Source: an uncultured Planctomycetota bacterium
Lineage (GTDB): Bacteria; Planctomycetota; Phycisphaerae; Tepidisphaerales; Tepidisphaeraceae
DNA length: 64,000 nucleotides
NCBI GenBank assembly: GCA_963841915.1
Contig: CAWJEN010000003.1
Span: 32,001 to 96,000, forward strand
Direction of reading: 5' to 3'
This document shows, one piece after another, positions 10,085 to 20,217 of this stretch. The notes beneath the pieces were generated by a model. The model was not told the DNA's origin. It did no database searches and saw only the letters and a list, made by a program, of their open reading frames with translations. Both the position numbers and the translations under genes were made by a program. Every line of letters begins with the position of its first letter. Positions within the stretch are counted from its first letter, which is position 1.

Positions 10085-11971
10085 ATGAAACTTGCCATCA
10101 GCCCCATCGCTGTCTGCGTCGCCCTTGCCACTGGCCAGGCTCTCGCCAAGCCTGAATCGCCGCTTGCGGAACGCGTGCCGACGAACGCGCTCCTGTACGT
10201 CGGCTGGGCCGGCGCAGAATCGATTGTCGAGCAGTACGAAGGAACGCACACGCAGGCGCTGCTCGAGCAGAGCGAGATGCCAGCCGTGTTCAGCGAGTAT
10301 GTGCCCGAGCTGCTGGCGGCGCTCGGTCGCGAGGAACGCGACGCGCAGCCCGTCATCGACTTCGTGAACAACGTCGGCCCGATCCTCTGGCAAAAGCCGC
10401 ACGCGCTGGCGTTCGGTGGGATCGACTGGCAGTCACCGTTGAACGACGGCGACCCGATGCCGCGCATCATGGTCGTCGTCGATGCCGGTGATCAGGCCGC
10501 AGAATTGCGGGCCGGCATCACGCAGTCGCTGGCCAGCTGGGAGGCGTTGCAGCTCGTTCCGCTCATCCGTGAGCAGGATGGCTTTGTCTACATGAGTGTC
10601 GGTTACGGCGACATGGATCTGGCAGAGCTCGCCGCCGAAGGTGCGGGCGGGATGCCGGACAACGACCGTTTCGACCTGGCGATGAACAATCTGCCGGGCG
10701 GCTTCGAGCAGGGCACGCTGCTCAGCGCATACGTCGATGTTCCCGGCATGGCGGCCCTCGTTGTCGAGGCGATCGAGCTCGAGGGCGACGTGGAAGACGC
10801 ACAGCAGGTTCTGGAGGTGATGGACGTGCTCGGCCTCGACACGGTCGGCGACCTGTCGTACGCGATCGGCTTCGACGGCGACATGTTCGTTGCCAGCGCC
10901 TTCTTCGGCCTGCCCGGCGAGCGTGACGGCCTGTTCCGCCTGCTGCCTGCCGTCGGTGACGGGCTCGATAGTGAGACGATCGACCAGATCCCGGCCGACA
11001 GCACGATGGTCGCCGCGACCCGCTTCGAGGTCGGTCAGCTCATCCCGGTCATCCGCGACGTCGTCAACCGGCTTTCGCCTGAGAACGCCGAAAACATCGA
11101 TCAAGGCCTGCAGTTCGCCAACATGTTCGGCGGGGCCGACCTTGAGCAGGACGTGCTCGGCAACGTCGGCCCGACGTGGGGCTTCTTCGTCAGCCCGAGC
11201 GTCGGCAATGACCTCATCGGCGGCGTGGTCGTCAACCGTCCGGCCGATGCCGACAAGCTCACCGCCGCACTGCGTGGCCTGTCGCTCAACCTCACGAGCG
11301 TCGCCAACGGCCAACTGCGTCAGGAGACCGACGGCATGGTCCGGATTCCGGCCCGCACGGTTGAGCGGGACGGCGAAACGTTCTACCTGCTCAACGCACC
11401 GGTGCTCGCGCCGACGTGGAGCATCGCCGACGGCACGCTGACACTCGGCCTGCTGCCGCAAAGTGCTATTGCCGCCCGGCAGGTCAAGGGCGGCTTCACC
11501 AGTGGTGACGCGGCGGCCAAGGTGATGGAGCTGACCGACGGCAACGTGCCGATCAGCATGACCTACGCGGCCCTGCCGACGATGGTGCCGGACACGTACC
11601 CGGCATTTCTCGCCCTGACGCAGGCGGCCTTCGGTGCCGGTGACCTTCTGGGCGACTTCCTGAGGACGACGCCCCCGACGATGGTCCTGCCGCCGCTTCC
11701 GACGGTGATGGAGCACGTGACGCCCAGCATGTCCGCCTCGTGGCAAACCGACGCCGGCATCATGGTCCGCAGCGTCGAGCCGTTCCCGGCCAGTGGCCTG
11801 CTCATCGATTCGGGCAACGTCGGCGGATTGCTCAACTCAATTGGTACCGTGGCTCCGCTTCTGAGCGGTAATGGCGTTCATTCCAGGCCGATGGAGTTCG
11901 AGGAATTCGAGTTCGAGGACATGCAAGACGCCGAAGACGCCGACGGTGCTCGACTAGAAGTCGGCGAATGA
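10085..11971 (+). CDS. Exported hypothetical protein (DUF3352-like)
   Basis: Signal peptide MKLAISPIAVCVALATGQALA; duplicated VPTNALLYVGW / IPADSTMVAA-type starts. Confidence 0.7.
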   Translation: MKLAISPIAVCVALATGQALAKPESPLAERVPTNALLYVGWAGAESIVEQYEGTHTQALLEQSEMPAVFSEYVPELLAALGREERDAQPVIDFVNNVGPILWQKPHALAFGGIDWQSPLNDGDPMPRIMVVVDAGDQAAELRAGITQSLASWEALQLVPLIREQDGFVYMSVGYGDMDLAELAAEGAGGMPDNDRFDLAMNNLPGGFEQGTLLSAYVDVPGMAALVVEAIELEGDVEDAQQVLEVMDVLGLDTVGDLSYAIGFDGDMFVASAFFGLPGERDGLFRLLPAVGDGLDSETIDQIPADSTMVAATRFEVGQLIPVIRDVVNRLSPENAENIDQGLQFANMFGGADLEQDVLGNVGPTWGFFVSPSVGNDLIGGVVVNRPADADKLTAALRGLSLNLTSVANGQLRQETDGMVRIPARTVERDGETFYLLNAPVLAPTWSIADGTLTLGLLPQSAIAARQVKGGFTSGDAAAKVMELTDGNVPISMTYAALPTMVPDTYPAFLALTQAAFGAGDLLGDFLRTTPPTMVLPPLPTVMEHVTPSMSASWQTDAGIMVRSVEPFPASGLLIDSGNVGGLLNSIGTVAPLLSGNGVHSRPMEFEEFEFEDMQDAEDADGARLEVGE

Positions 11972-12855
11972 GCAAGCCAGCTGAAACTCTGCTCTTCGGC
12001 TCTCACCTGTCGATCGCCGGCGGCTTGTACAAGGCCGTCGATGCGGCGACAGGTTTGGGTATGCGGGCGGTCCAGATCTTCACGAAGAATCAGAAGACCT
12101 GGGCCGCTCCGCCGTTGACGACCGCGGCCATCGACGGCTGGCGGACGGCGTGTGACAACGCCGGCTTCACCCAGACCGTCAGCCACGCAAGCTACCTCAT
12201 CAACCTCGCCTCGCCGGACCCGGCCCAGCGGAAGAAGAGCGTCGACTTGTTCGTCGATGAGATTCGCCGGTGCGATGCGCTCGGCGTGCCGTGGCTGGTC
12301 GCCCATCCGGGTGCCCACATGGGTGAGGGCGAGACGGCGGGCATCGAGCGAATCGCCAAAGGGCTTGACACAATCTTCGGCCGCACGAAGAAGAGCCAGA
12401 CGATCGTCTGCCTAGAGAGCACCGCCGGGCAGGGCAGCAGTGTCGGGCACAAGCTCGAGCATCTGGCCGAGATCATCGCGAGCAGCAAGCATCCGGAGCG
12501 GCTGGCGGTGTGCCTCGACACGGCCCATCTGTTTGCCGCCGGCTACGACTTTCGCGGCAGAAAATACGCCGGCTTCGTCAAGGAGCTGGACGCCACCGTT
12601 GGTGTCGATCACGTGAAGGTCTGGCACATCAATGACAGCAAGAAAGAGCTCGGCAGCCGCGTCGACCGCCATGAGCACATCGGCCGCGGTACGATCGGCG
12701 ACGACGGCTTCCGCCCACTCGTCCGCGACAAGCGGTGGAAGAACATCCCGATGATCCTCGAAACGCCCAAGGGCGAGGATGACGAAGGCACCGCCTGGGA
12801 CGCGATCAACATGCAGCGCCTCCGCGATCTGACAACCGGGCCATCATCTGCGTAA
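11968..12855 (+). CDS. nfo: Endonuclease IV
   Basis: GSHLSIAGG, HASYLINLAS, HPG, LESTAGQG, CLDTAHLF, HINDSK..GSRVDRHEHIG, ILETP. Confidence 0.96.
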   Translation: MSKPAETLLFGSHLSIAGGLYKAVDAATGLGMRAVQIFTKNQKTWAAPPLTTAAIDGWRTACDNAGFTQTVSHASYLINLASPDPAQRKKSVDLFVDEIRRCDALGVPWLVAHPGAHMGEGETAGIERIAKGLDTIFGRTKKSQTIVCLESTAGQGSSVGHKLEHLAEIIASSKHPERLAVCLDTAHLFAAGYDFRGRKYAGFVKELDATVGVDHVKVWHINDSKKELGSRVDRHEHIGRGTIGDDGFRPLVRDKRWKNIPMILETPKGEDDEGTAWDAINMQRLRDLTTGPSSA

Positions 12856-12865
12856 CCTGCGGCCG

Positions 12866-14017
<1,152 letters not shown>

Positions 14018-14123
14018 ACGCTCTGTCTTTTGCGGATGCGAAGTCGGAACGTTTGGGCGGGAAGAAGGTCGCGTGTGCCAGGTGGATTGGCAACCCGGCG
14101 GCCGACCGCTCGGCGAGCCACGC

Positions 14124-17100
14124 TCAAAGCTTCGCCAGATCCGCCTCGGCTTTGGCAAGCTGATCCCGCGTCTCTTGCACCAAGTGCGGGGGAGCCCGAT
14201 CGGTGTACCCCTTGTTGGACAAGCGGCCGGACAAGGCGGCGACCTGCTTCTGAAGCGCCGCCTTCTCCTTGGCGACGCGGTCGGCGTCGGCGGCCTTGTC
14301 CACGACGCCGCCGACGCGGATCGTTGTGTCGGCAGCCGTCGTTTCGGCCGCGTCCTCGACCGTCTCCTTCACCTCACAGTTGGCCCAAAGCTCAAGGGTC
14401 TGGCGCACATCGTCGGCCACCTCGACCGCGACCGGCACCGTCTGTCGCGGCGGTACCTTGTTCTCCGTTCGCACGCGACGCACCGCCTCGGCGATCTCGC
14501 GGACCCGCTCGATCGACGCCTCGGCCGCTTCGTCGGCAAACGTCACCGTCGGCCAGGCGGCGGTAATGCACCGCTCGTTTGCCGGCAAGTCGATGACGCC
14601 TTCGATGCCGCGCGTGGGCATGGCTTCGTTCAGTGCCCACCAAAGGCGTTCGCTGACGAACGGCATGATCGGGTGCATCAGTCGAAGCGCGCCGTCCAGG
14701 CAGGCCGCCAACGTCGCAGCGGCGGCGGCATCCTGGGCCTTCATCCGCGGCTTCGTCGACTCGACGTACCAGTCGCAGAAGTCCCGCCAGAAGAAGTCGT
14801 AGATGGCCGTCGCGTATCGGTCAAAGCGATAGTCGGCCAGGGCCGCGTCGCATTCGCGGACGGCCGCGGCGAGGCGCGACAGGATCCACCGGTCGGCGGT
14901 GGTCAGATCAATCTCGCCTGTCACATCGGCGTTGTGCAGGTTCGAGATGACAAACCGCCCGGCGTTCCAGATCTTGTTGGCAAAGTTGCGGCCGTGATCG
15001 AACTTGCTGCTCGTTGTGCCGGCCGCGGGTCGGTCGTCGGTCGCCGTCGCTTCACCGCTGGCGATGCCGTATGGGCTGACGCTGTGCTTGCCTTTGTGCT
15101 CCTGGATCGGCTTGAAGACGGTGTAGCCGCTGTTGTTGGTGAAGGTTTGGCCCGGGAAGGTCTCGCCGGTGTGCGGGTCGACGAGGTCGACGGGCAGGCG
15201 GACGTCCTGCGTGTGGGTCGTCATGCCGCAGAGCGTGAACCGCATGGCGTCGGCGCCGTGGGAGTCGATGACCGCCAGCGGGTCGACGCCGTTGCCGAGC
15301 GACTTGCTCATCTTCTGGCCGTGGCCGTCCTGGATCATCGCGTGGATGAAGACGTCTTTGAACGGCAGGTGCGACGCGTCCGCCCCACGCGGGCCCCGAC
15401 CGTGAGGGAGGGGTTCTGAATGAAGTTCTGAAAGGGTCGCTGGATCGAGTTCTGATGTCTGGCGGTCGTCCAGAACCCCTCCCTGACGGTCGGGGCTCGC
15501 GTGAGACTGTTCGACATCTTTTTTCGAGTCGGAGCGCTGCTCGTCGGGGTGGGCGAGGAGGTAGCGGTTGAACATGACCATCCGCGAGACCCACAGCGTG
15601 ATGATCTCGCGTGCGGTGCACAGGACGCTGGTCGGGTTCCACTGCTCGAGCGCGGGCGTGCGGTCGGGCCAGCCGAGCGTGCTCATCGGCCACAGGGCAC
15701 TGGAAAACCAGGTGTCGAGGACGTCGGGGTCCTGCTCAAATCCTGCCTTGTCCAGCTCACCAAGGAACTTGTCCGCATTGCTTGGGACGGCGTACTGGTA
15801 TCCCCACGAGCTGTCCGCTCGGCGATAGGAGTAGTACGGCGCGATGCCGTGCGGATCATCGGGATCGCCGAACGTGAGTTCATTGGGTTCCGTGCTCTCG
15901 CCCGGATCGAGGTCGCTCTGGTAAAGCGCCGACTGTGACCCGCTCCACACCGGGATCCGGTGCCCCCACCAAAGTTGGCGGCTGATGCACCAGTCGCGGA
16001 GGGCGGCGTTCCACTGCGTGTAGGTCTTGGCGTACCGGTCGGGCACGAACCGCAGCACGTCGTCGCCCAACGCGAACGATCCCTGCGAGCCCCGACCGTC
16101 AGGGAGGGGTTCTGATTCTGAGCGAGCCCCCGACACCCCTCCCTCACGGTCGGGGCTCGCATCGCTCTCGACGCTCTCGACGGACGCGGGGTTGAGCGGG
16201 CGCCCCTGACGATCGACCGTGTACCGGATCGCCCCCTCAACCGACCCCGACGTTTTGAGATAGCGCGTGCTCCCGTGACGGGTCCAGACCTTGCGCTCCC
16301 CGTCGACGAGCGACTCCTCTCGAAGACGACGCGTCGCGTACGCCTTGAAGTCCGTCATGACCTTCTCCGGCGTCGCGTCGGCCGACACGACGGCGTGCAG
16401 GTGGTTCGACCGCACGTGCAGCGCGTGAAGCGTCCAGCCGCGGTGTCGGCAGACGTCGACGATCGCGTCTTGCACCGTAATCCGCTGGGCCTCGTCGAGC
16501 TCCGTCGGCTCATGCTTGAGGCGGGCGAACTGGCGACGCTCTTCGTCTTCGTCGCCAACGAGGTAGGGCTCGCCCGGGATGTTGTGTCGTTTGGGGTCGG
16601 CGCTTCCGAGCTCGCGACCCTGGAGCCAGGTTCCGTAGGTCGTGAACGTGATGAGATACGAGAGGGTCTCCCGCGAGCCCTGAGCGTGAGCGAGGGGTTC
16701 TGAGCGAGAAGCGGAATCCCCTCCCTCACGGTCGGGGCTCGCGGGGATTTTCTCGCATCCCGTCAGTGCGGTGAGTGCGAGACCTGCGAGCGAATTCGCC
16801 GGGACGTCGGTGCCCTCGACCTTGCCGGTGTCGGGCATCCACGGAATCGGCTTCTGGACCGCGACGTACCACTGGTCACTCAGGTACGGCTCGACCGGCA
16901 CGTGGCTGCGGTAGCTGTGGCCGACGCTGTGGCGGTACGGGCGGACCTCCTCGAGCAGGTCGTGCTCCTTGAACCACGAGACGATCGCCTCGCGGGCGGC
17001 CTCGCGGGAGAGGCCGACGAACTGCCTGGCGGCGTCGGTCTCGGGCGTCCAGCCGTGTGCGTCGGAGATCGACGCGTCGGGGGCCATGATGTTGATGGCC

Positions 17101-18155
17101 GCAAGGCTGTGCCGCTGGCCGATGTCCCAGTCGTTGGGATCGTGAGCGGGCGTGACCTTCAGGAAGCCGGTGGCAAACTTGGCCTTGGGGTCGCTTTCAT
17201 CGCTCGGCATGACCACGTAGTCGTCCTCGACGATCGGGATCTCGCGGTCGACGATCGGCAGCAGGACCTTCTTCCCGCGCAACCCCGCCGCCCTCGGGTC
17301 GTTCGGGTTGATGGCGACGGCGGTGTCGCCGAGCATCGTCTCGGGACGCGTCGTGGCGACGACGACATACTCGAGTTCTCCGTCGCGAGCCCCGACCGTG
17401 AGGGAGGGGTCCGGGTCGCTCGAGGAAGACCCCTCCCTCACGGTCGGGGCTCGCGAGGTGCTCTCGGGTCGGGTCTCGTTCAACGGCGCGAGCGGATAAC
17501 GCAGGTAGTAGAACTTCCCATCGATCTCCTCGTTCTCAACCTCGTCGTCGGCGAGGGCGGTTTGGGTGACGGGGTCCCAATTGACCAGCCGCTTGCCGCG
17601 GTAGATGAGGCCGTCCTTGAAGAGGCGGAAGAAGGCCTCTCTCACGGCCGCGGCTCGTGGGGGGTCCATCGTGAAGGCGGTGCGTTCGAAGTCGCAGCTG
17701 CAGCCCATTGCCTTGAGCTGGCCGAGGATGACGGTTTCGTATTCGTCCTTCCACGCCTGGACCTTGCCGATGAACTGCTCGCGTCCCGGCTGGCCGGCCG
17801 CTTCGTCGAGCTTGTAGTCCTTCAGCGCCTTCTCACCCGCCGCCTGGAGCCGTTTGTCGACGACCGTTTGCGTCGCAATGCCCGCATGGTCGGTGCCGGG
17901 AATCCAGACCGCGTTCAGCCCCCGCATGCGGGCGTGACGCACCAGAATGTCCTGGATCGTGTTGTTCAGCGCGTGCCCGAGGTGCAGCGCAGCGGTCACA
18001 TTGGGCGGCGGGATGACGACGCTGAACGGCTCCTTGCTTGCGTCGGGCTCGGCGTGGAACAGCCGCTCGTCGTCCCAAACCTTCGCCACCTCGCTCTGCA
18101 CGGCAGTGGCGTCGTAACGGGGCGGCAGCTCGGTCGTCGGGGTCGTGTCAGACAT
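14124..18155 (-). CDS. valS: Valyl-tRNA synthetase, enlarged (about 1343 aa) by in-frame REP and transposase-domain insertions
   Basis: PPPNVTAALHLGHA (HIGH), GTDHAGIATQ, ATTRPETMLGDTA, DWCISRQLWWGHRIP, DVLDTWFSS, KMSKS, C-terminal coiled-coil arm. Confidence 0.97.
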   Translation of the reverse strand: MSDTTPTTELPPRYDATAVQSEVAKVWDDERLFHAEPDASKEPFSVVIPPPNVTAALHLGHALNNTIQDILVRHARMRGLNAVWIPGTDHAGIATQTVVDKRLQAAGEKALKDYKLDEAAGQPGREQFIGKVQAWKDEYETVILGQLKAMGCSCDFERTAFTMDPPRAAAVREAFFRLFKDGLIYRGKRLVNWDPVTQTALADDEVENEEIDGKFYYLRYPLAPLNETRPESTSRAPTVREGSSSSDPDPSLTVGARDGELEYVVVATTRPETMLGDTAVAINPNDPRAAGLRGKKVLLPIVDREIPIVEDDYVVMPSDESDPKAKFATGFLKVTPAHDPNDWDIGQRHSLAAINIMAPDASISDAHGWTPETDAARQFVGLSREAAREAIVSWFKEHDLLEEVRPYRHSVGHSYRSHVPVEPYLSDQWYVAVQKPIPWMPDTGKVEGTDVPANSLAGLALTALTGCEKIPASPDREGGDSASRSEPLAHAQGSRETLSYLITFTTYGTWLQGRELGSADPKRHNIPGEPYLVGDEDEERRQFARLKHEPTELDEAQRITVQDAIVDVCRHRGWTLHALHVRSNHLHAVVSADATPEKVMTDFKAYATRRLREESLVDGERKVWTRHGSTRYLKTSGSVEGAIRYTVDRQGRPLNPASVESVESDASPDREGGVSGARSESEPLPDGRGSQGSFALGDDVLRFVPDRYAKTYTQWNAALRDWCISRQLWWGHRIPVWSGSQSALYQSDLDPGESTEPNELTFGDPDDPHGIAPYYSYRRADSSWGYQYAVPSNADKFLGELDKAGFEQDPDVLDTWFSSALWPMSTLGWPDRTPALEQWNPTSVLCTAREIITLWVSRMVMFNRYLLAHPDEQRSDSKKDVEQSHASPDRQGGVLDDRQTSELDPATLSELHSEPLPHGRGPRGADASHLPFKDVFIHAMIQDGHGQKMSKSLGNGVDPLAVIDSHGADAMRFTLCGMTTHTQDVRLPVDLVDPHTGETFPGQTFTNNSGYTVFKPIQEHKGKHSVSPYGIASGEATATDDRPAAGTTSSKFDHGRNFANKIWNAGRFVISNLHNADVTGEIDLTTADRWILSRLAAAVRECDAALADYRFDRYATAIYDFFWRDFCDWYVESTKPRMKAQDAAAAATLAACLDGALRLMHPIMPFVSERLWWALNEAMPTRGIEGVIDLPANERCITAAWPTVTFADEAAEASIERVREIAEAVRRVRTENKVPPRQTVPVAVEVADDVRQTLELWANCEVKETVEDAAETTAADTTIRVGGVVDKAADADRVAKEKAALQKQVAALSGRLSNKGYTDRAPPHLVQETRDQLAKAEADLAKL
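15386..15503. repeat. REP doublet D inside valS (in frame)
   Basis: cacgcgggccccgaccgtgagggaggggttctg ... cagaacccctccctgacggtcggggctcgcgtg. Confidence 0.9.
16084..16161. repeat. REP doublet C inside valS, at the 3' flank of the RAYT domain
   Basis: tgcgagccccgaccgtcagggaggggt ... acccctccctcacggtcggggctcgca. Confidence 0.9.
16203..16664 (-). mobile_element. REP-associated tyrosine transposase (RAYT / IS200-like Y1 HUH) domain, in frame within valS
   Basis: YLITFTTYGTWL...HRGWTLHALHVRSNHLHAVV (HUH)...FKAYATRRL...KVWTRHGSTRYL...AIRYTVDRQG (candidate catalytic Tyr, YxxxQ-like); bracketed by REP doublets. Confidence 0.88.
16670..16745. repeat. REP doublet B inside valS, at the 5' flank of the RAYT domain (one arm divergent)
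   Basis: cccgcgagccctgagcgtgagcgagggg ... cccctccctcacggtcggggctcgcggg. Confidence 0.85.
17383..17456. repeat. REP doublet A inside the valS editing-domain region (in frame)
   Basis: Perfect 29-bp inverted repeat tcgcgagccccgaccgtgagggaggggtc / gacccctccctcacggtcggggctcgcga with a 16-nt loop. Confidence 0.92.
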
Positions 18156-18210
18156 GAGAACGAACCAGCGTAGAGCGACCGCCAATGCCTCAGCCGATAG
18201 GCTGGCGACG

Positions 18211-19014
18211 TTGGACCCGCTTCACGTCGAGATCGAGAAGGCACCGCTGCTGAGCATCGGCCTGCCGCAGACGCTTCGGGCGATGAAGGCGACGCTGCCG
18301 ATCAGAGGCAACCTGCCGCCGAACGGGTTGCGGATCGTGCATCTGAGCGATCTGCATCTGCGCAACCACGTCCCGCCAGCGCTGCCTTGGCTTGCGAAGC
18401 GACTGGCAGCTGATCCGCCGGACCTGATCCTGATCACCGGTGATTTTGTCGACGACAAGGTAACCTGTGACGCGACGCCGACGCTCGCCAAAGCCGCAAA
18501 CCTCCTGCGGCCGATGGCAACGCTTGGTCTGTTCGGCTCGATCGGCAACCACGACGGTGACCTCATCGCCGCCCGGCTCGAGGCAGCAGGCATTGTCCCG
18601 CTGCACGGCCGACGCGTGCGCGTGGAGAATCGTGGCTTCCCCGTCGAGCTTCTCGGTCTGCCGGGCACCACGCGGTACGAGTGGCCGGGCGTCAGCACGT
18701 TGTCGCGAAACCCGGCCGTGCCGCTGATCGTGCTGGGGCATTATCCCGACGAGGTTCGCCGCGTGCTGCCGCTGAGGCCGTCGCTCTACCTCGCCGGTCA
18801 CACCCACGGCGGCCAGATCGCGATGCCCAAGGTCGGCCCGCTGCTCACCCACGACGGCCTTCCCAAGCATCAAAGCAGCGGCATCCATCGCTTCGACGAC
18901 ACCTGGCTGAGCGTCTCCCGCGGCATCGGGACGACGCGACTGCACGCCCGCTTCCTCTCGCCTGCCGAGTACGGCGACCTCACGCTCGTGGCCGCTGACG
19001 AAGCGCAGGCCTGA
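18211..19014 (+). CDS. Metallophosphoesterase (calcineurin-like, YkuE type); start uncertain
   Basis: HLSDLH, ITGDFVD, GNHD, GHYPD, LAGHTHGGQ, VSRGIG. Confidence 0.9.
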   Translation: MDPLHVEIEKAPLLSIGLPQTLRAMKATLPIRGNLPPNGLRIVHLSDLHLRNHVPPALPWLAKRLAADPPDLILITGDFVDDKVTCDATPTLAKAANLLRPMATLGLFGSIGNHDGDLIAARLEAAGIVPLHGRRVRVENRGFPVELLGLPGTTRYEWPGVSTLSRNPAVPLIVLGHYPDEVRRVLPLRPSLYLAGHTHGGQIAMPKVGPLLTHDGLPKHQSSGIHRFDDTWLSVSRGIGTTRLHARFLSPAEYGDLTLVAADEAQA

Positions 19015-19158
19015 TTGTGGGGCGACAACCTGGCACGTACTGCCTTGACACTTGAACAATCTGGCAACGTCCGCATAATCACGCGGCGGGACCTGCGACA
19101 GGAGGTCGCCGCCCATGTCTCGCAAATTTCTTCAGCACCTACTGCACGGAGGCAGACC

Positions 19159-20064
19159 ATGCCCTTAAACACCATTCTCACCCGCGCCGCCTCGATCGGC
19201 CTCGCCACCTTGCTCGGCTCTTCTCTCCTCGGTTGCGTCAGCCAGGACGACTACCGCGCGATGAAGCTCCAGCGCGACGACCTCGCCGCCGAACTCGCCG
19301 AGACGCAGCGTCAGGCCGAAGCCCAGCGTGCACTTGCCGCCGGTTATCGCGGCCAGATTGACCGCGTCGATAACGCCGTTGCCAACGAAGGCGCGATGCA
19401 GGCGAACTACGAGATGCAGATCGCCAGCCTCACCGGCGAGCGGGACGATCTGGCGTCCCGCTACGAAGAGCTTGTCGGCAAAATCGGCACCGGCCCGGCC
19501 TTGCCTGCCGCTTTGACGAGCGAGCTGTCGAGCTACGCCGCCGAGAACCCTGACTTGATCGAATTTGATGCCGATCGTGGCATCGTCAAGTTCAAGAGCG
19601 ACGTGACGTTCAAGAGCGGCGATGCCGAGCTGGTCGCCGACGCTAAGCAGGCGATCGACCGCTTCGCCACCATCCTCAACTCGCCCGTCGCCCGCAGCTA
19701 CCAGCTTCGCATTGAAGGCCACACCGACAACGTCAAGGGCTTCAGCGCCAACACGATCGCCAAGGGCCACAAGGACAACTGGTATCTTTCGAGCCACCGC
19801 GCGATCAGCGTCGCGCAGGGCCTGATGGGCCAAGGCATCGACGCCGGCCGGATCGGCGTCCTCGGCTACGCCGACCAGCAGCCCGCCGCCAGCAACGCCT
19901 CCGCCGCCGGCCGCGCCCAGAACCGTCGCGTCGAGGTCCTGATCCTCCCGCAGACCGTCGCCAAGGGTGGCCAGGCTTCACCCGAGCCCGACGCCATGCC
20001 CGCCGCTGCTGTCGAGAACGACATGGAGACGGACCGCATGGACGACAGCGACTCGATGAAGTAG
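19159..20064 (+). CDS. OmpA/MotB-family lipoprotein with coiled coil
   Basis: Lipobox LLGC; IEGHTDN, NWYLSSHRAISV, NRRVEVLI. Confidence 0.88.
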   Translation: MPLNTILTRAASIGLATLLGSSLLGCVSQDDYRAMKLQRDDLAAELAETQRQAEAQRALAAGYRGQIDRVDNAVANEGAMQANYEMQIASLTGERDDLASRYEELVGKIGTGPALPAALTSELSSYAAENPDLIEFDADRGIVKFKSDVTFKSGDAELVADAKQAIDRFATILNSPVARSYQLRIEGHTDNVKGFSANTIAKGHKDNWYLSSHRAISVAQGLMGQGIDAGRIGVLGYADQQPAASNASAAGRAQNRRVEVLILPQTVAKGGQASPEPDAMPAAAVENDMETDRMDDSDSMK

Positions 20065-20084
20065 CCGCTTCTCATCCAGCAACA

Positions 20085-20117
20085 CAAGAGGCCCGACGGC
20101 TGCCGTCGGGCCTCTTG
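20085..20117. terminator. Hairpin, probable terminator
   Basis: caagaggcccgacggc-t-gccgtcgggcctcttg perfect inverted repeat between convergent genes. Confidence 0.65.
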
Positions 20118-20157
20118 CATGTCCATGAAGTCGCGATCCTCGACAAGCGTTATCATG

Positions 20158-20197
20158 ACGAACAAGCACCCGCACGTTGGTGCGGGTGCTTGTTCGT
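20158..20197. terminator. Second hairpin, probable terminator
   Basis: acgaacaagcacccgcac-gttg-gtgcgggtgcttgttcgt, 18-bp stem. Confidence 0.65.
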
Positions 20198-20217
20198 TGT
20201 CGTGTTGGCTGTGGTCG

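Noticed and set aside
16060..16770. Intein or self-splicing intron as the explanation of the valS insert
   Set aside because: A Cys lies near the insert start (TGCEKIP), but there are no recognisable Hint blocks and no terminal His-Asn followed by C/S/T. There is also no room for, or motif of, a group I/II ribozyme core.
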